Positions 25,901 to 40,047 are shown, counted from the whole stretch's first letter. The stretch: DNA of 63,399 nucleotides, filler included, from Octopus bimaculoides (GCF_001194135.2; 7 parts of 7 records of this genome joined end to end with filler, not necessarily neighbours in it), one strand, 5' to 3'. Numbers and translations: made by a program. The notes: generated by a model from the sequence alone, not told the origin.

Positions 25901-28015
25901 GAGGACAAAGCAGAAAAGGAGAAGTGGTAAAAGATAAAGAGTTGTGAAATTAAAAAGACTGAAAGGAGAGAGTGGGGAAAGGATGAGAATTAACATTTAT
26001 GCGTTTATGTGTATGTGGGCGTATATTGGTTTAAACTGGCGTATGTAAGTCCGTGAAAGAACGTAACTTATCATTTCGAAATAGAACAATACAATTATTA
26101 TTTGACTGAGTAGTGGATTCGATATAATTGATTAAAACCCTTGTAGGTAGTGCTCCTACATGGCCTCAGTTTAGTTACTGAAATCAATAAAATTATAAAG
26201 GAATGACTTTCGAATGCCATAGGGAAACTAAGGAGATATGGATATCTTGTTTCCTATAAATGCATTGGAATTTCAAATTTTATTTTACTTGGTCAGCCTT
26301 TCAATATGCGGAGAGAAAGACGTATTGTGTTGAACAAATTTGATATCCTCTCAGCAGGCAATATTCTTCAGTTTATATATTTCATAACAATGCTCTAGAC
26401 TATTCACGAGGGAAAAATAATTTCGTTTAATTATCGATTTCCATACTTCCTGTGCTTATTTTTCTTGTTTGTATTTTACTACACAATGGTTCTATATACT
26501 GTTATCTGGTAATGAATCAATATCCGTGAAATAGTGAAGTAATAAAAGGAAATTTACTAAGAAGTTACAAAAAATTGCTACTTTAGATAATGTGGGAAGA
26601 TGCATTGAAGGGTAGAAGTCAGTATCTTCTACCCCAGACAGTATATTGGCCATGTAAAGCAATGAATCGATTCTGATTCCAGGTCGAATAGATTTTATTT
26701 CATATCCAGTCATAATGTCCTTTACTGAGTGGAAAAGTAGGAATATTATGTTATTAATTCCCTTTCAAAAGACATTACGGGTACAAGGAATATAAAATAG
26801 CTTCAGCGTGAGATGGAATCTGAAAAGTGGCACTTGAATAGCAGGAAGCTAAATTTTTGACACCATGGCGCAAATACAGAACAACTGTTAATAGTTCCAT
26901 TTGACTATACACAAGAATTTATATTTTATAAAATAGGAGGAAAATGTTTCTCATGATCATTAACAAGGTAAATAAAGTGAAATAGTTTTTAACTTCGAAA
27001 CGTGATCACGTGGTGTATTAATCCAACAGAACTTTTCCTCGTTTTTATTATTGATCGCCACCTGCAGACTAACTATTATTATTGATCAAAATTTCTGATT
27101 TAAAAATCTCAATGGGAAATATGTTGAATTCTATGCTATTTTCATGTTTCTATCTCACATTTCTCTTCCATATTTTTACAGTTTCATTTCAGATTAATTA
27201 GCAATACTAAACATTTAAGAGATACCACCAACAGAGTACTAAAAGAAGATAAACTTTCACGTATAACACTAAAATCCAATGCAAGTATGTATACATGATC
27301 ATGAACGACTTCACCAATATTTTAAACACCTACATTAATACACCTATATCAATATATTCTGGATTGTGATTCTATATCTTGAAGAATATATGCATGTAAT
27401 TATACGTGTGCGCTCGCATTTGAATGAATATATGTGTCACTTTGATACAAAGTAATTTCTTTCATAAACCCCCGTGGCATTTTATGTAAAGTCTTAACGC
27501 CCCAAGCCTTAATTAATAGACAACTCTTCCCCTCCCCTCTTCTTTTTTCCTTCTTTTCCTCCTCCTCTTCTTTTTCTTCATCTTCTTCTCCTTTGTGTGT
27601 GTGTGAGTCTGTGTGCAATAAACATATTATATATATATACATAGTCACACGCATTCATACAAAATGCATAATACAAAAAGTACACACACACGCGCAAACA
27701 GGTACACACATGTACGTGTGTTGTGACAGTGTGCATGTGTGCGTGTGCATGTGTCGTATATGCTTTGTTCCAAGAATGTATATTTTACACACGCACGCGC
27801 GAACACACACACATACTCGCACACTCACATACTCACGCATACACACACACACACACAACGCGCGCGCACATACTCACAAAAATACTTCTATACTGCCTTT
27901 TCCTTGAAAAGTTAGTTTCATCCAGTTTGGTTTTATGTGTCTGTCTTTCGCTGCGTTTGAACCTACTTTCCGAACAGTTGTATATTTAACCCCCTTTACT
28001 AACGTGATACTAAGC

Positions 28016-28368
28016 GTAGGCGTGGTTGTGTGGTAAGAAGCTTGCTTCCCACCCATATGATTCTGGGTTCAGTCCCACTGCATGGCAACTTGGGAATGTG
28101 TATTCTACTCTAACCTCGGACCAACTGAAGCCTTGTGAGTGGATTTGGTAGACGGAAACTGAAAAAAGCCCGTCGTATACATATCTGTGTGTGTGTGTCG
28201 TTGTTTCTGTGTTTGTCCCACACCACTGCTTGACAACCGGTGTTGGTGTGTTTACGTTCCCGTCTTCTAGCTGTTCGGCAAAAGAAAACGATAGAATATG
28301 TAACAGGCTTTAAAAAGAAATAAGTACTGGGGTCAATATATTCGACCTAAAATTTCTTCAAGGATGGG
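28016..28368 (+). mobile_element. SINE family B, near full length
   Basis: Head gtggttgtgtggtaagaagcttgcttcc...ctgggttcagtcccactgc and body gaagccttgtgagtggatttggtagacggaaactg. Confidence 0.88.
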
Positions 28369-28961
28369 TATGTATAATGAACATATGGAGTCACCTTTCA
28401 CAAACGGCAAATGAAGGTTCCGCAACATCTTGCACAACAACCTGCAGAGATGATTTTTTTTTATAATGATCAAATGTTTATGCTATACATTAACTTACTC
28501 CCGCCATCAAATCAATGTGGCCTGCACGGTATGCCACACGTTAGATTCTAAGGTGATCATAGAGCAACGTAAAATTAAATGTTTAGCTCAAGTATTCCCC
28601 GTCCAGGAATCGAAATTACGATTTTTTGCGGTCGTTGGTACAACACCCGAACCACTAGATCATATCATATTGAAATAATACTATTAATATAATATTATCT
28701 CATGATAGCCAAATTACCAAATGATTTCATGCCAGAAGTGGAGAGTCAAAGCTTGCAATCATCTGAATGAAATAGTATGACGCAGGTTCTTTGTCTCTGG
28801 AAGCCTGAATGTAATAAAAATCCCCCAAGTCCTACTATTCTGGTGGTTGCTGTGTTTAGATCTCGATCTCTGGTGTGAAACCATGAGACCTTAAACAGTA
28901 TCACATGAATAGTAGTAGTAGCAGTAGTAGTAGTAATAGTAGTAGTAGTAGTAGTAGTTAT

Positions 28962-29280
28962 AATAATTTCTACTATAGGCACAAAGGTCTGAAATTCTGG
29001 TGGAGGGCAAAGTCGACTTCGACGGAACGTAAAGACAGACGTAATACCTATTTCTTTACAGCCCACAAGGGGCTACACACAGAGGGGACAAACAAGGACA
29101 GACAAACGGATTAAGTCGATTATATCGACCCCAGTGCGTAACTGGTACTTAATTTATCGACCCCGAAAGGATGAAAGGCAAAGTCGACCTCGGCGGAATT
29201 TGAACTCAGAACGCAGTGGCAGACGAAATACCGCTAAGCATTTCGCCCGGCATGCTAACGATTCTGCCAGCTCGCCACCT
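28962..29280 (-). mobile_element. SINE family A: a young-looking copy (29051-29280) inserted in an older partial copy
   Basis: Reverse complement reads ggtggcgagctggcagaatcgttagc...ctgagttcaaattccgccgaggtcgactttgcctttcatcctttcgggg-tcgataaattaagtaccag, a tRNA-like head plus a MetaSINE-like core. Confidence 0.9.
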
Positions 29281-29334
29281 TTTTTGAATGATGATGATGA
29301 TGATACTAACAGTAATAACAATAATAATAATAAA

Positions 29335-29890
29335 TGCCCTGATGCAGTTCCAGGCACTGGCTCACATGGTTTCTGATCATAACTAATTGGAAGTGTTATC
29401 AAGTACATTGTTTTGTCTTGGTATAAAAGATGGGGCTGCAGCAAATATTCTGCGCAATACCACAGATTTGCTAGTCAGCTGTTTGACCTTAACCAGTTGA
29501 GCATGTCCCTTGGTGGCTTACAATATGAGCATCTCTGATCACGAGCAGAATTAGCTGGGGTGTATCGTAGCCATGTGTTGAGAGGAATTCTTTGGGGTTT
29601 GAATAATCATCTCTGGAAACATGGGTGTTTCGTTCAACATCCTTAAACAAGCCTTATTCAGGGGCCTTTTGAGCAGGATGGGATACTCGACCTGAAGAAA
29701 ATTCTAACTGGGCCTCACCTGCAAGGTCATGCGCTGTTTATTTTGATATGAGATCACCACGTCGTGCACATATGGTTGTGATGCGTGTGCCTGGTGTGCC
29801 CTTACCAGACGGGTAGTCATGATGAGTATACTGATTCGTATAATTTACACCAGTATCTCTTTGATGGCATGCACTGCTCTCTCACTCAAT
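29335..29890. mobile_element. Unclassified interspersed repeat of about 555 bp (family D)
   Basis: Colinear homologue at 36087-36526. It has no obvious TIR or ORF and is flanked by (AAT)n. Confidence 0.8.
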
Positions 29891-31012
29891 AATAATAATA
29901 TACCCACTCATTACCTAATGTATGAGTGACTTTTATGACTCATGTATTACTAAACGACTATATATGTGTGTGACTGTGTGTGTGTGCATGTATGTATATG
30001 TATTTGTGTGAGCAAGTATATTCTATCATTCCTTTATCGGTTTCATTTATTTACTGGCGCCATGTTGGAGTACAGCCTTCAATGATACAGCCAATTTTAT
30101 CGATCCTAGAACTTGTAAGCTGATACTGTATTGTCGACTATAGAAGTCTGGAAGGTAAATTTAACCTCAGCAGAATTTGAACTCAGACTGTAATGAAATA
30201 TAACTAAATTCCGAAAGGCATTTTGTCCGCCGCCTTATCGATCCTACTAATATAAATCTGTACGTGTGTGTGTATGCGTATCCGTGCGTATACATGCATA
30301 TGTGCGTGTATTCATGAGTATGTATGTGTCTATGTGCGCTTGTGTCTATGTGTCCTCGTGCTCACTCTTACAGATGTATATATAAAATGCGCTTTCAGCA
30401 AATATTAAATCGATTTTCATATGTAGATATACGTATATAGTCTTGATATATTTGAGATTGTTTAGTCTCAGCTTGCATTAATATTGACTGAGTGTTTTCC
30501 ATATTTATGTTTCAAGAATATCAATATTCTAAAAGTCCTTGGTTACCAATATTTTAAAAAATTCGTGATAAGCACGATAATTCTTATTCGATTTTACCAA
30601 AGAAAGGACATTTCCTCTTATAGTATGATATACATCCTGTCAGTTTTCAGTCCATACATTTCTTTTTCCATAAAAAAAAAATATATATTCTGATAATGAA
30701 TATAACCTGCATAGTGGTGTGGTGAACTACAAGCTTTATCGTTTCTAGATGACTAATTTTTCGTACTGTGTTCAAAGCTCGCAATATTTTCACCGTTACA
30801 TTTAAAACATTCGTTATATATTAACCACTCTACTGCANNNNNNNNNNNNNNNNNNNNNNNNNNNNNNNNNNNNNNNNNNNNTTAATTAATTAANNNNNNN
30901 NNNNNNNNNNNNNNNNNNNNNNNNNNNNNNNNNNNNNCTGGCGCGTGTTTATACCATCGTTTTTCTTTTGTTATTCCATAGTGTTGGCATAGCTTCCAGT
31001 GTATTATTATTA

Positions 31013-31094
<82 letters not shown>

Positions 31095-31306
31095 GTGGTG
31101 AGGTTGCAGAATCGTTTGCACGCCGGGTAAAATGCTCAGCGCATTTCGTCCGTCTTTATGCTCTGAGTTCAAATTCCGCCGAGGTCCACTTTGCCTTTTA
31201 TCCTTTCGGGGTCGATGAAATGAGTGCCAGTTGAATACTGAAGTCGATATAATCGACTAACCTCCTAACACAAAAAATTTCAGGCCTTGTGCCTTTAGTA
31301 GAAAGG

Positions 31307-31374
<68 letters not shown>

Positions 31375-31585
31375 GGCGGCGAGCTGGCAGATTCGTTGGC
31401 ACACCGAACGAAATGGTTGGAGGCATTTTGCTCAGCATTACGTTCTGAGTTCAAATTCCACCGAGGTCGACTTTGTCTTTCATTCTTTCGGGGTCGATAA
31501 AATAAGTGGCTGTTGAACACTGGGGTCGATGCAATTGACTTACCATCTTCCCGAAATTGCTGGCCCTGTGCCAAAATTTGAAATC
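31095..31585 (+). mobile_element. Two tandem SINE family A copies joined by (ATT)n
   Basis: Copies at about 31095-31305 and 31372-31585, each preceded and followed by (ATT)n. Confidence 0.88.
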
Positions 31586-31600
31586 ATTATTATTATCATT

Positions 31601-33186
31601 TGGTTTGACTCAGGTTCGGTCTGATTCCTGGTAGGATTTATGTGGGTATCCACAAGTTTCAGCTGTCTTTCAAGTGCCTAGAACCCTCCTGATAATCCTT
31701 GCTGTCCCTAAGAGACAAACTTTCTGTAGGAGCTGTACAGGGAATTTTATTCCATTCTCCTTCAGCTACTCGTCTATAGCTTTGCTTACTATTCCCAACG
31801 CATCAATTATTATAGGCACGACCTTTACAGTTCTCATACTCTAAATTCTTCCGATTTCATATTTTTTAGAGATTGTATTGTTTTGGCTTTCTACTTCTTT
31901 CTTTTCGATCCAAACGGGCATGATGAGTCGATTAGTAAGCAACTTCGCTTTTCCTTATCCATGATTGTTATGTCGGGTCTATTATTTTCTAACTTCTTGT
32001 CCATTTGAATAGGAAAGTACAACAAAATCTTACATTTTTCTGGCTCCAGTACTCTTTCGATTCGATATTTGTACCATGTGTTTCCAGCTCCAAATCCTCA
32101 TTTCTGGTACAGTTTCCAGTGTAAAACTTTTACTACCTGGTCGTGCCCCATTTCTTATATTCTTCTTGTACCAACTTAAGGCATTCTACCACAATGTGCT
32201 CTACTGTATCGTTCCAAGTTCCACAGGCTCTACATTTTTCTGATACATTCTCTTCATATATATATATTTTCTCAAACTGCTTGTTTTTATCGCTTGATCT
32301 TGGCTGCTGTTTTTTTTAATTGCCCCTTTTTTAACCAAGCCCAGGATTTTATTCCACATCCATCTTCTGTGGTTCTACAAAATTGGCCATGCAGAAGTTT
32401 CTCTTCAATTTGTCTGACATGCTCTCTTTGTACTTCATTCTTGTCCTTTTCTCGTATTACGCGCTTGATCACCTGTTCTTTATTCACTGTCTTTAGTAGC
32501 TTTTTTCTGTGCTGTTCTGTAAATACTCTACTAGGTTTGTTTTTTATTTCCAGCTGTACACATTCTTTTACTGCTATTAAGCCTCTTCCACCCTGGTCTA
32601 TCTTCAAGTACAACCGGTTGATATCAACTTTTGGATGGTGCGCTCCATACGTCGTCAACAACTTTCTATTTTTTCAGTCAAGTTTCTTTATATCGTTTTT
32701 GGTCCAGTCTATAATTTCAACTCCATAACTGATTAAGAGTACTGCGCTTGAATTTATTGCTTCATTAATATTTTTTGAATTCAGCTTTGAGTGCAATAAT
32801 TTTCTCACTATCGTTGTGTACTCATTGTTTGCCCATTTGGTATTGCACTTCACAGGCTTCTTTCAAATCTTCCTCGTTTCACCTTCAAAATAGTGCAGTT
32901 TCTATCCTAAATTCTATAGCTACGTCATTTGAGAAAATGCGGATAGTATGTACAAGGCTTTCAAGCTGCCTCTCGCATGAACCTTTATATAATCCAAGAA
33001 AAGGAGTTGATTTATCTGACCATTTCCTTTTCCCAAACCGTCAGCTATTTTAACTTTTCGTAGTATCATAGTGAGCGGCGTCAAAGCCAATACGAATAAC
33101 AATGAAGACAAGCTATCACCTTGGAATATTCCACGTCTGATGTTCACTTTTCTGAGTCTTTGTTTTCTTCCGATCAATTCAGTATT
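31601..33186 (-). mobile_element. R4/Dong-like non-LTR retrotransposon (RT, CCHC knuckle, restriction-like endonuclease), 5'-truncated and decayed
   Basis: Minus-strand RRGIFQGDSLSSLLFVLALTPL, GAHHPKVDINRLYLKIDQGGRGLI, LHGQF...SWAWL, CRACGTWNDTVEHIVVEC and NNRPDITIMDK...LLID. Confidence 0.85.
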
Positions 33187-33224
33187 CAATTATTATTATT
33201 ATTATTATTATCAACTTTCATCAA

Positions 33225-33445
33225 AACGACGAGCTGGCAGAATCATTAACACGCTGGGCATAAATCTTAGCGGCATTTCGTCCGTCCTGAGTTCAAATTC
33301 TGCCGTGGTCGATTTTACCTTTTATCCTTTTGGGGTCGATAAATTAAGTTCCAGTGAAACACTGGGGTCGATGTAATCGACAAGTCCCCTCCCCGCCTAA
33401 ATTTCAGGCCTTGTACCTATCCTAGAAAGGATTATTATTATTATT
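33225..33445 (+). mobile_element. SINE family A
   Basis: gacgagctggcagaatcattaacacg...gagttcaaattctgccgtggtcgattttacc, with an (ATT)n tail. Confidence 0.88.
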
Positions 33446-35472
33446 ATTATTGCTCACAGCCCACTGTCGAAGAAAAAGATTTTATTAGATGAAATGGAGT
33501 TTTTACCTAAAATATTTGTAATTTTTGTCTCCCCCCCCCTACCACATGTATAGGAAAAAGTAAAGTAAAGTTTGTGTTTTATTTTGTTATAAAACTTATT
33601 TCTACCTGTTACGTTACAGACATTCAAAAAATAGCTATGAATATTTAACGCCATGCTCACAGAAAAACAAAACAACTTAACATATACAAAAGAATATATT
33701 TCGCATATAGAAAACAAAGAATACGGTTTTAAACTGCAAAGCAAAATATTAATGCTAGCCACAGACAATAACTAAACAAAAGTATTTTAACATTCAATTT
33801 ACATATAACGAATAGAATGTCTGTCAACTACAAAAACAACAGCAGCAGCAACAACAATAGTACAACCATAGTAACAAGAATAATAGAAACAGCTGCTACA
33901 ACACCATCAACGTTATAAATGCATATCTGTCTATTTCATTTTTACATTATAAAGTGCGGAGCGTTATCTTTCGCAAGCTTTCTTTAGAGCAATAAGAAAA
34001 AAATAACCCTTCATTGTAGACTGTTTCGCTGAAACAACGAAAGCTTGGGGCTTCTTGTACATGCTCCTGGAAACCCCAATTTGTTAAGAAGGCGTAGAAG
34101 TGGAGTGCAGTAAACTACCTGTGCCTTGCCAAGGTTACGGGGGCTTTTATTGTTCTATTGAAGAATAAGTTGCAAATAATCTTGGCAGATATTTCAAGTG
34201 AAATCTCTTTCACTAGGAGAGGAAAGGCATGCGATACTATATGACTCATAAAAAAAAAACAGGTCGAAAGCGTAATTCCAAATTCTACGTGGCACACGTG
34301 TCCATTAGCTGGTCTCAATGTTAGAAAGGAAGATACAAAGTCTTCATCAGTGAAATCGGTTAACGATGTCGACGCTTGCGTAGTAGTCGCTTTTCTGGCT
34401 CAGTATTGGCTAGAGGTGAGTGCTGATGTAATATTTATATATATGTAGTCGAGTGGGATGGCTATAGATCCTGTAAGATATTATAACTGTGTCTTGTAGA
34501 GTGTATAGATAGCAAAACCTTAAAACTCAGCTGCTATACAGAAAACTTAGAATAGCTAATTCAACAATAAGTTATGAGAGGTTGTCGGTCTTAAGGCAAG
34601 GCACGAGGCGCAACTCCTGAGTGGCCAAAAAAAATTGTGTCATCTTCAGTGTTAGGTGAGGCCCATTAATTCAAGAACTCCCTCTCCCAACCATAACAGG
34701 CGGAGACAAGGAGAGTTACCTAACGCAACAACAATAACTAAAACCAAACAACTAGGTAGTATCCCCATATAGCAACATCAATCCATATAGTAACAATTAT
34801 GATGATGGGCGCCAGACTGATGCCGAATGGGACAATTAAACGTCTGAAAAGTTTCAATGAAGAAAGATTTTTAAAAGTATGCGGTGGTCTACACCTCATG
34901 CGAAGAGAAAACATTCTTTGCCTGGAATTGAACTCATAACTTATGAGAGACAGCCAATGTCCTATGAGAAAGAACTAATCGCCTCTGGACGAAATGAAAC
35001 TCAACCAATCGAAATAATAATAAAGGTCTAATGAAATACTTATACAATATACACAATCAATTTCCAGATGAAATACCGGTCGAGAAGTAAATGGGAGTAC
35101 ATTTAAAACAACACAAAAGTACAATACGAGTACAAACGTAGGATAGACTTTAGAAAGCGTTATCAATAAGACGTGGACCTTCAATTGTTCAGTGTAGCAC
35201 AAGAGCTCCTCACGGAAGATTTTGGAATTTCCAAACATGAACGCTACAAGAATATATGAATATATCTTGCTTGAATTATCTTGGGCTTTATCGCACTTTC
35301 ATTTATTTATCTATTCGTTGTAAATATTTGTGTTTTATTTCACTCAGTGATATAATATTGTATGACATCTTTCACCTCTCCTGTTGTCTCACCACACACA
35401 CGTTTCTTTAACGTTGCTTTGTATTTTTCTGCATATCTTCGAATCATTTTGGTTAATAAAAGATTATTATTG

Positions 35473-35532
<60 letters not shown>

Positions 35533-35571
35533 GTTATTATTATTATTATTGTTATTATTATTATTATTATT

Positions 35572-35784
35572 AAGGTGGCGAGCAGGCAGAATCGTTAGAG
35601 CGCTGGACGAAATGCTTAGCGGTATTTCACCCGTCGCTACGTCTGGGTTAAAATTCTGTCGAGGTTGACTTTGTCTTTTATCCTTTCGGGGTTCGATAAA
35701 ATGGGTACCAGTTAAAAACTGGGGACGATGTAATCGACTCATCCCCTGCACTAAAATTGCTGCCCTTGTGGCAAAATTTGAAAC

Positions 35785-35859
<75 letters not shown>

Positions 35860-36085
35860 CATTATTAAGGCGGCGAGCTGGCAAAGTCGTTAGCACGCCG
35901 GGTAAAATGCTTAGCTGCATTTCGTCCGACTTTAAGTTCTGAGTTCAAATTCCACCAAGGTCGACTTTGCCTTTTATCCTTCGGGGGTCGATAAAATAAG
36001 TACCAGTTAAGTATGGGTTCGATGTAATCGACTAGTCCCCTCCTCCAAAATTTCAGGCCTTGTGCCTATAGTAGAAATTATTATT
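35572..36085 (+). mobile_element. Two tandem SINE family A copies in long (ATT)n tracts
   Basis: Copies at about 35572-35787 and 35867-36085. Confidence 0.9.
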
Positions 36086-36086
36086 A

Positions 36087-36526
36087 TATGCCCGGATGTG
36101 GCTCTCATTGCTTCTGACCTTAATTGATTGGAAGTGTTATCATGTACATTGTTTTGTCTTGGTATAAAAAGATGGGCTACAGCAAATATTCTGCTCAATA
36201 CCACAGATTTGCTTGTTGGTTGTTTGACCATAACCAGTTTAGCATTTCCCTTGGGGGCTGACGATATGTGCATCTCTGATCATGAGAAGAAGTAGTGGAG
36301 GAGCATCATAGCCATGTGTTGAGAGGAATTCTTTGGGGTTTGGATAATTCACCTTTGGAAACATGGGTGTTTTGCTCAACATCCTTAAACAAACCTTATT
36401 CAGGGACCTTTTGAGCGGGGTGGGCTACTCGACCTGAAGAAAATTCTAACTGGTAGTCATGATGGGTATAATGGGCTTCGTATATTTTACTCCAGTGTTA
36501 CTTTGATGGCATGCACTGCTCTCTCA
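36087..36526. mobile_element. Family D repeat, internally deleted copy
   Basis: Homologous to 29335-29890 but jumps from aaaattctaactgg directly to tagtcatgatg. Confidence 0.8.
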
Positions 36527-36567
36527 CATATCTTCGAATCATTTTGGTTAATAAAAGATTATTATTG

Positions 36568-36604
<37 letters not shown>

Positions 36605-37103
36605 NNNNNNNNNNNNNNNNNNNNNNNNNNNNNNNNNNNNNNNNNNNNNNNNNNNNNNNNNNNNNNNNNNNNNNNNNNNNNNNNNNNNNNNNNNNNNNNN
36701 NNNNNNNNNNNNNNNNNNNNNNNNNNNNNNNNNNNNNNNNNNNNNNNNNNNNNNNNNNNNNNNNNNNNNNNNNNNNNNNNNNNNNNNNNNNNNNNNNNNN
36801 NNNNNNNNNNNNNNNNNNNNNNNNNNNNNNNNNNNNNNNNNNNNNNNNNNNNNNNNNNNNNNNNNNNNNNNNNNNNNNNNNNNNNNNNNNNNNNNNNNNN
36901 NNNNNNNNNNNNNNNNNNNNNNNNNNNNNNNNNNNNNNNNNNNNNNNNNNNNNNNNNNNNNNNNNNNNNNNNNNNNNNNNNNNNNNNNNNNNNNNNNNNN
37001 NNNNNNNNNNNNNNNNNNNNNNNNNNNNNNNNNNNNNNNNNNNNNNNNNNNNNNNNNNNNNNNNNNNNNNNNNNNNNNNNNNNNNNNNNNNNNNNNNNNN
37101 NNN

Positions 37104-37234
<131 letters not shown>

Positions 37235-37470
37235 AAGTGGTGAGCTGTCAGAGTTTGCCGAGCTGGCATTTTGCCTTGCACGCTGAACAAAATGCTTAAC
37301 TATATTTCGTCCATCTTTACGTTCTGAGTTCAAATACCACCGACGTCGACTTTGCCTTTCATCCTTTCGGGGTCAATAAATTAAGTAGCAGTGAAACACT
37401 GGAGTAGATGCGATCGACTAGCCTCTTCCCCCAAATTTCAGGCCTTGTGCCTATAGGAGAAAGGATTATT
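37235..37470 (+). mobile_element. SINE family A
   Basis: Same head and core, following a (CAT)n(TAT)n tract. Confidence 0.85.
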
Positions 37471-38681
37471 ATCATTACTGTTCTTGTTGTTGATAATGGT
37501 GGTGACGGTGGTACCAGTTGAATCCAAGTACCAGTTGAATCCTGGAGTCAATGTAATCAACTTAACTCCTCCTCTAAAATTGCTGGCCCTGTGCCAAATC
37601 TATATAGTAACATCGTATAAACCGATGTCATCATGGTGGCTATTTAAAGGCATGTGATTGGAGTCAATGAGGTTTAAATATCTCGGCCATAAACAGTACC
37701 AATGTACTAGGGGAATATGAACCGTAGATTACCTTTTGATTTGTGGTATTCCTATACGATATCCACTCGGCCAAATTAACTCTTCGACAGATTGTAAGAA
37801 GCTTAAAACATTTTCACAGATCAATTTACAATGTGGCAGTCGAATAAAAAAGCTTGGTTGAATCTATTTCATACATTATTTACTTCTCTGTACAATCCAC
37901 TTAATGTGTTTCATGCAAATTACCAGTTGTCTTTAAATATTATTATCTTAACTATAAATTAGTATTTACAGACATATTGCATTAGAAGTTAGAACAGATA
38001 TCATCTTCACACAATTCCACATAAAACATGTTTTTTCAATTTAAAGGCTGTTGCTATCAGCATAGAGAATATTTTCTATAAAATGTTCAGTTGCAAGGTT
38101 ACAAATAACTCGAAGTAAATGGCATTAAGTATTTTTTACACTAGAGAAGTTATGTACACAATATAACGAGACATAAACTGAAAACACTGTTAGCTTCCCA
38201 AGGAAAAAGAAAGCAGAACAAATATGAGAGATACAAAGTCTGTAACTCTCGATGTTCATTGAACAGAACTATCGGAACAGATTAAATAGGAAAATACAGA
38301 AGAGCAATAGTGGACGTTCTAAGACTCATGTTTACTTCATCATAGAAAAATAGAATGATAGAGTACAAAAAGCCGAGATCCAAAATGACGCTAGGAGTAT
38401 GTTGTGAAATTTTCTTTATCTGAATTTCATTGTCAATTGATCATGCAGGCTTGAAGAGACCACACAGTGTCTAATAGACTGAAGCATGTTCATAGTTATC
38501 TCAGTCTGCACACAAGCTTTAAATTTTTCTCCAAGCAGTTAATTTAATTTTGGGAGATTAATTCTAACATTTCTTGAAATTATCTTCCCAATTCTTTTAG
38601 AGTCGCTCACCAAGCTAGGTTTTTGTTTTTTCTCGGCAATAAAGAGCGATAAATGTGAAAAAAACAAACAAACAAGAACTA

Positions 38682-38925
38682 CTTGGCTTAGTGATTAGCG
38701 GTATTGAAATCATTAATCGGACGATCATGGTTTCGATTCACTAACCGGGTGTTGCGTTGTGTTCTTGAGTAAAATACTTCATTTCACAATAATCTAGTCC
38801 ATTAAACAATAAATGAGTAAACCTACGATGGATACTCGTCCCGTCCAGAAAGAATGTTATGATCTCGGTTACTTATACGCCATGGAAACCGAGTAACCGG
38901 CGCTTCGAGTCCAAAGACTGAATGC
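38682..38925 (+). mobile_element. Old CORE-like SINE
   Basis: tggcttagtgattag...ggtttcgattc...gttgtgttcttgagtaaaatactt...cctacgatgga...cccgtccag. Confidence 0.55.
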
Positions 38926-39794
38926 AGTAATGTTCAGAGGTCGATGATGATGGAATTAGGAGTGAAGTTTCGTTCAATTTAGGATCTTTTGCCTACTTCA
39001 TTCAGTGCATCATATCTTAACGTATTTATGTAAAATTAATGTACAATGTTACATTTACATTTGTTGATATCAATTTTTACGACAACAACGTTGAAAAGTA
39101 TTTGTATGTGACGGCTTCTTAATTTTTCTGAAAAACATCCGTTATTACTCACAAAATGCAAAATGTATCCATAGCTAAAGTAAGTCATCAGCAGAATTTT
39201 AAAAATGTTATAGTTAGAAGTGTTACACAAAAGAACCAAAATGTCTAGAAAGTCCAGTGTTACTGTGACTTGACAGAGTTAATGATGAAATTTCAGTAAG
39301 AATTAGAACAATCCAGAAAAAATGTTTTTTAGATTATTCATTAAAGATAATTTTAGAAATTATAGATTTTAAACGTAATGAAAATTTATAAGCTTTGAAG
39401 AGATCTGAAATAATAAGTTTTTGGAACTGTGTATCTTGAAGCGTAAAATGCTGTAAATAATAGTATGTAAATTGCGGGCTGAAAATTCTTTTGGATAGAA
39501 AAAAGTCAAAGGCTGGTAAGAATAAAATTCCTAAAATAGATAGAAAAATTCGATGAAAAATGTACGAGCCAAGTACTGTGGTAGCCCTCTAACCCCAAAA
39601 TTTCAGGCCTTTTGCTCATAATAAAAAGGAGTCCATCATTCTCTGTAACCCATTATCACCGAAATTTCAGGCCTTATGCCCATAATACAAAGAAGTCCGG
39701 TATTCTCTCTAAGAAACCCAAAATACTGAGAATTGTTCTTCGTGAAGAATCAGCCTAATTTACCAATTGTTTATAAGATATGAAAAGAAGTTAC

Positions 39795-40047
39795 CTGAGT
39801 TTTTATCGACGGTAAACTTATCAAAACTTCCATTCAGTAAAAAGTAGTCGATTTGATTATTAATTGACGAATAATCATTATCTTTTGCAACAACTTTCCC
39901 CAGCGTTGAATTAACAGGCGCAGAAGGATGTGAGTAGAATTCCATCTGTTCATTAAATATGGGGGCATTATCATTAACATCTGTCACGTTAATAATTAAA
40001 GAGGCTTGGGTTTTAAGCTGAGGTTCCACCACATTATATGAAATAAT
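39795..40047 (-). CDS. Cadherin-repeat gene, next internal exon (253 nt, phase 0-1)
   Basis: Acceptor ttgttttatAG, then IISYNVVEPQLKTQASLIINVTDVNDNAPIFNEQMEFYSHPSAPVNSTLGKVVAKDNDYSSINNQIDYFLLNGSFDKFTVDKNSG, then donor G|GTAACT. Canonical DxNDNxPxF linker, DxD and F-x-V-xxx-SG motifs. Confidence 0.9.

Noticed and set aside
24528-26713. Short ORFs at 24528-24782 and 26492-26713
   Set aside because: No recognisable domain, and their lengths are within chance expectation.
34263-34421. Plus-strand open frame ending at a perfect GTGAGT donor
   Set aside because: The putative acceptor is preceded by poly-A, not a pyrimidine tract, and the peptide is unrecognisable.
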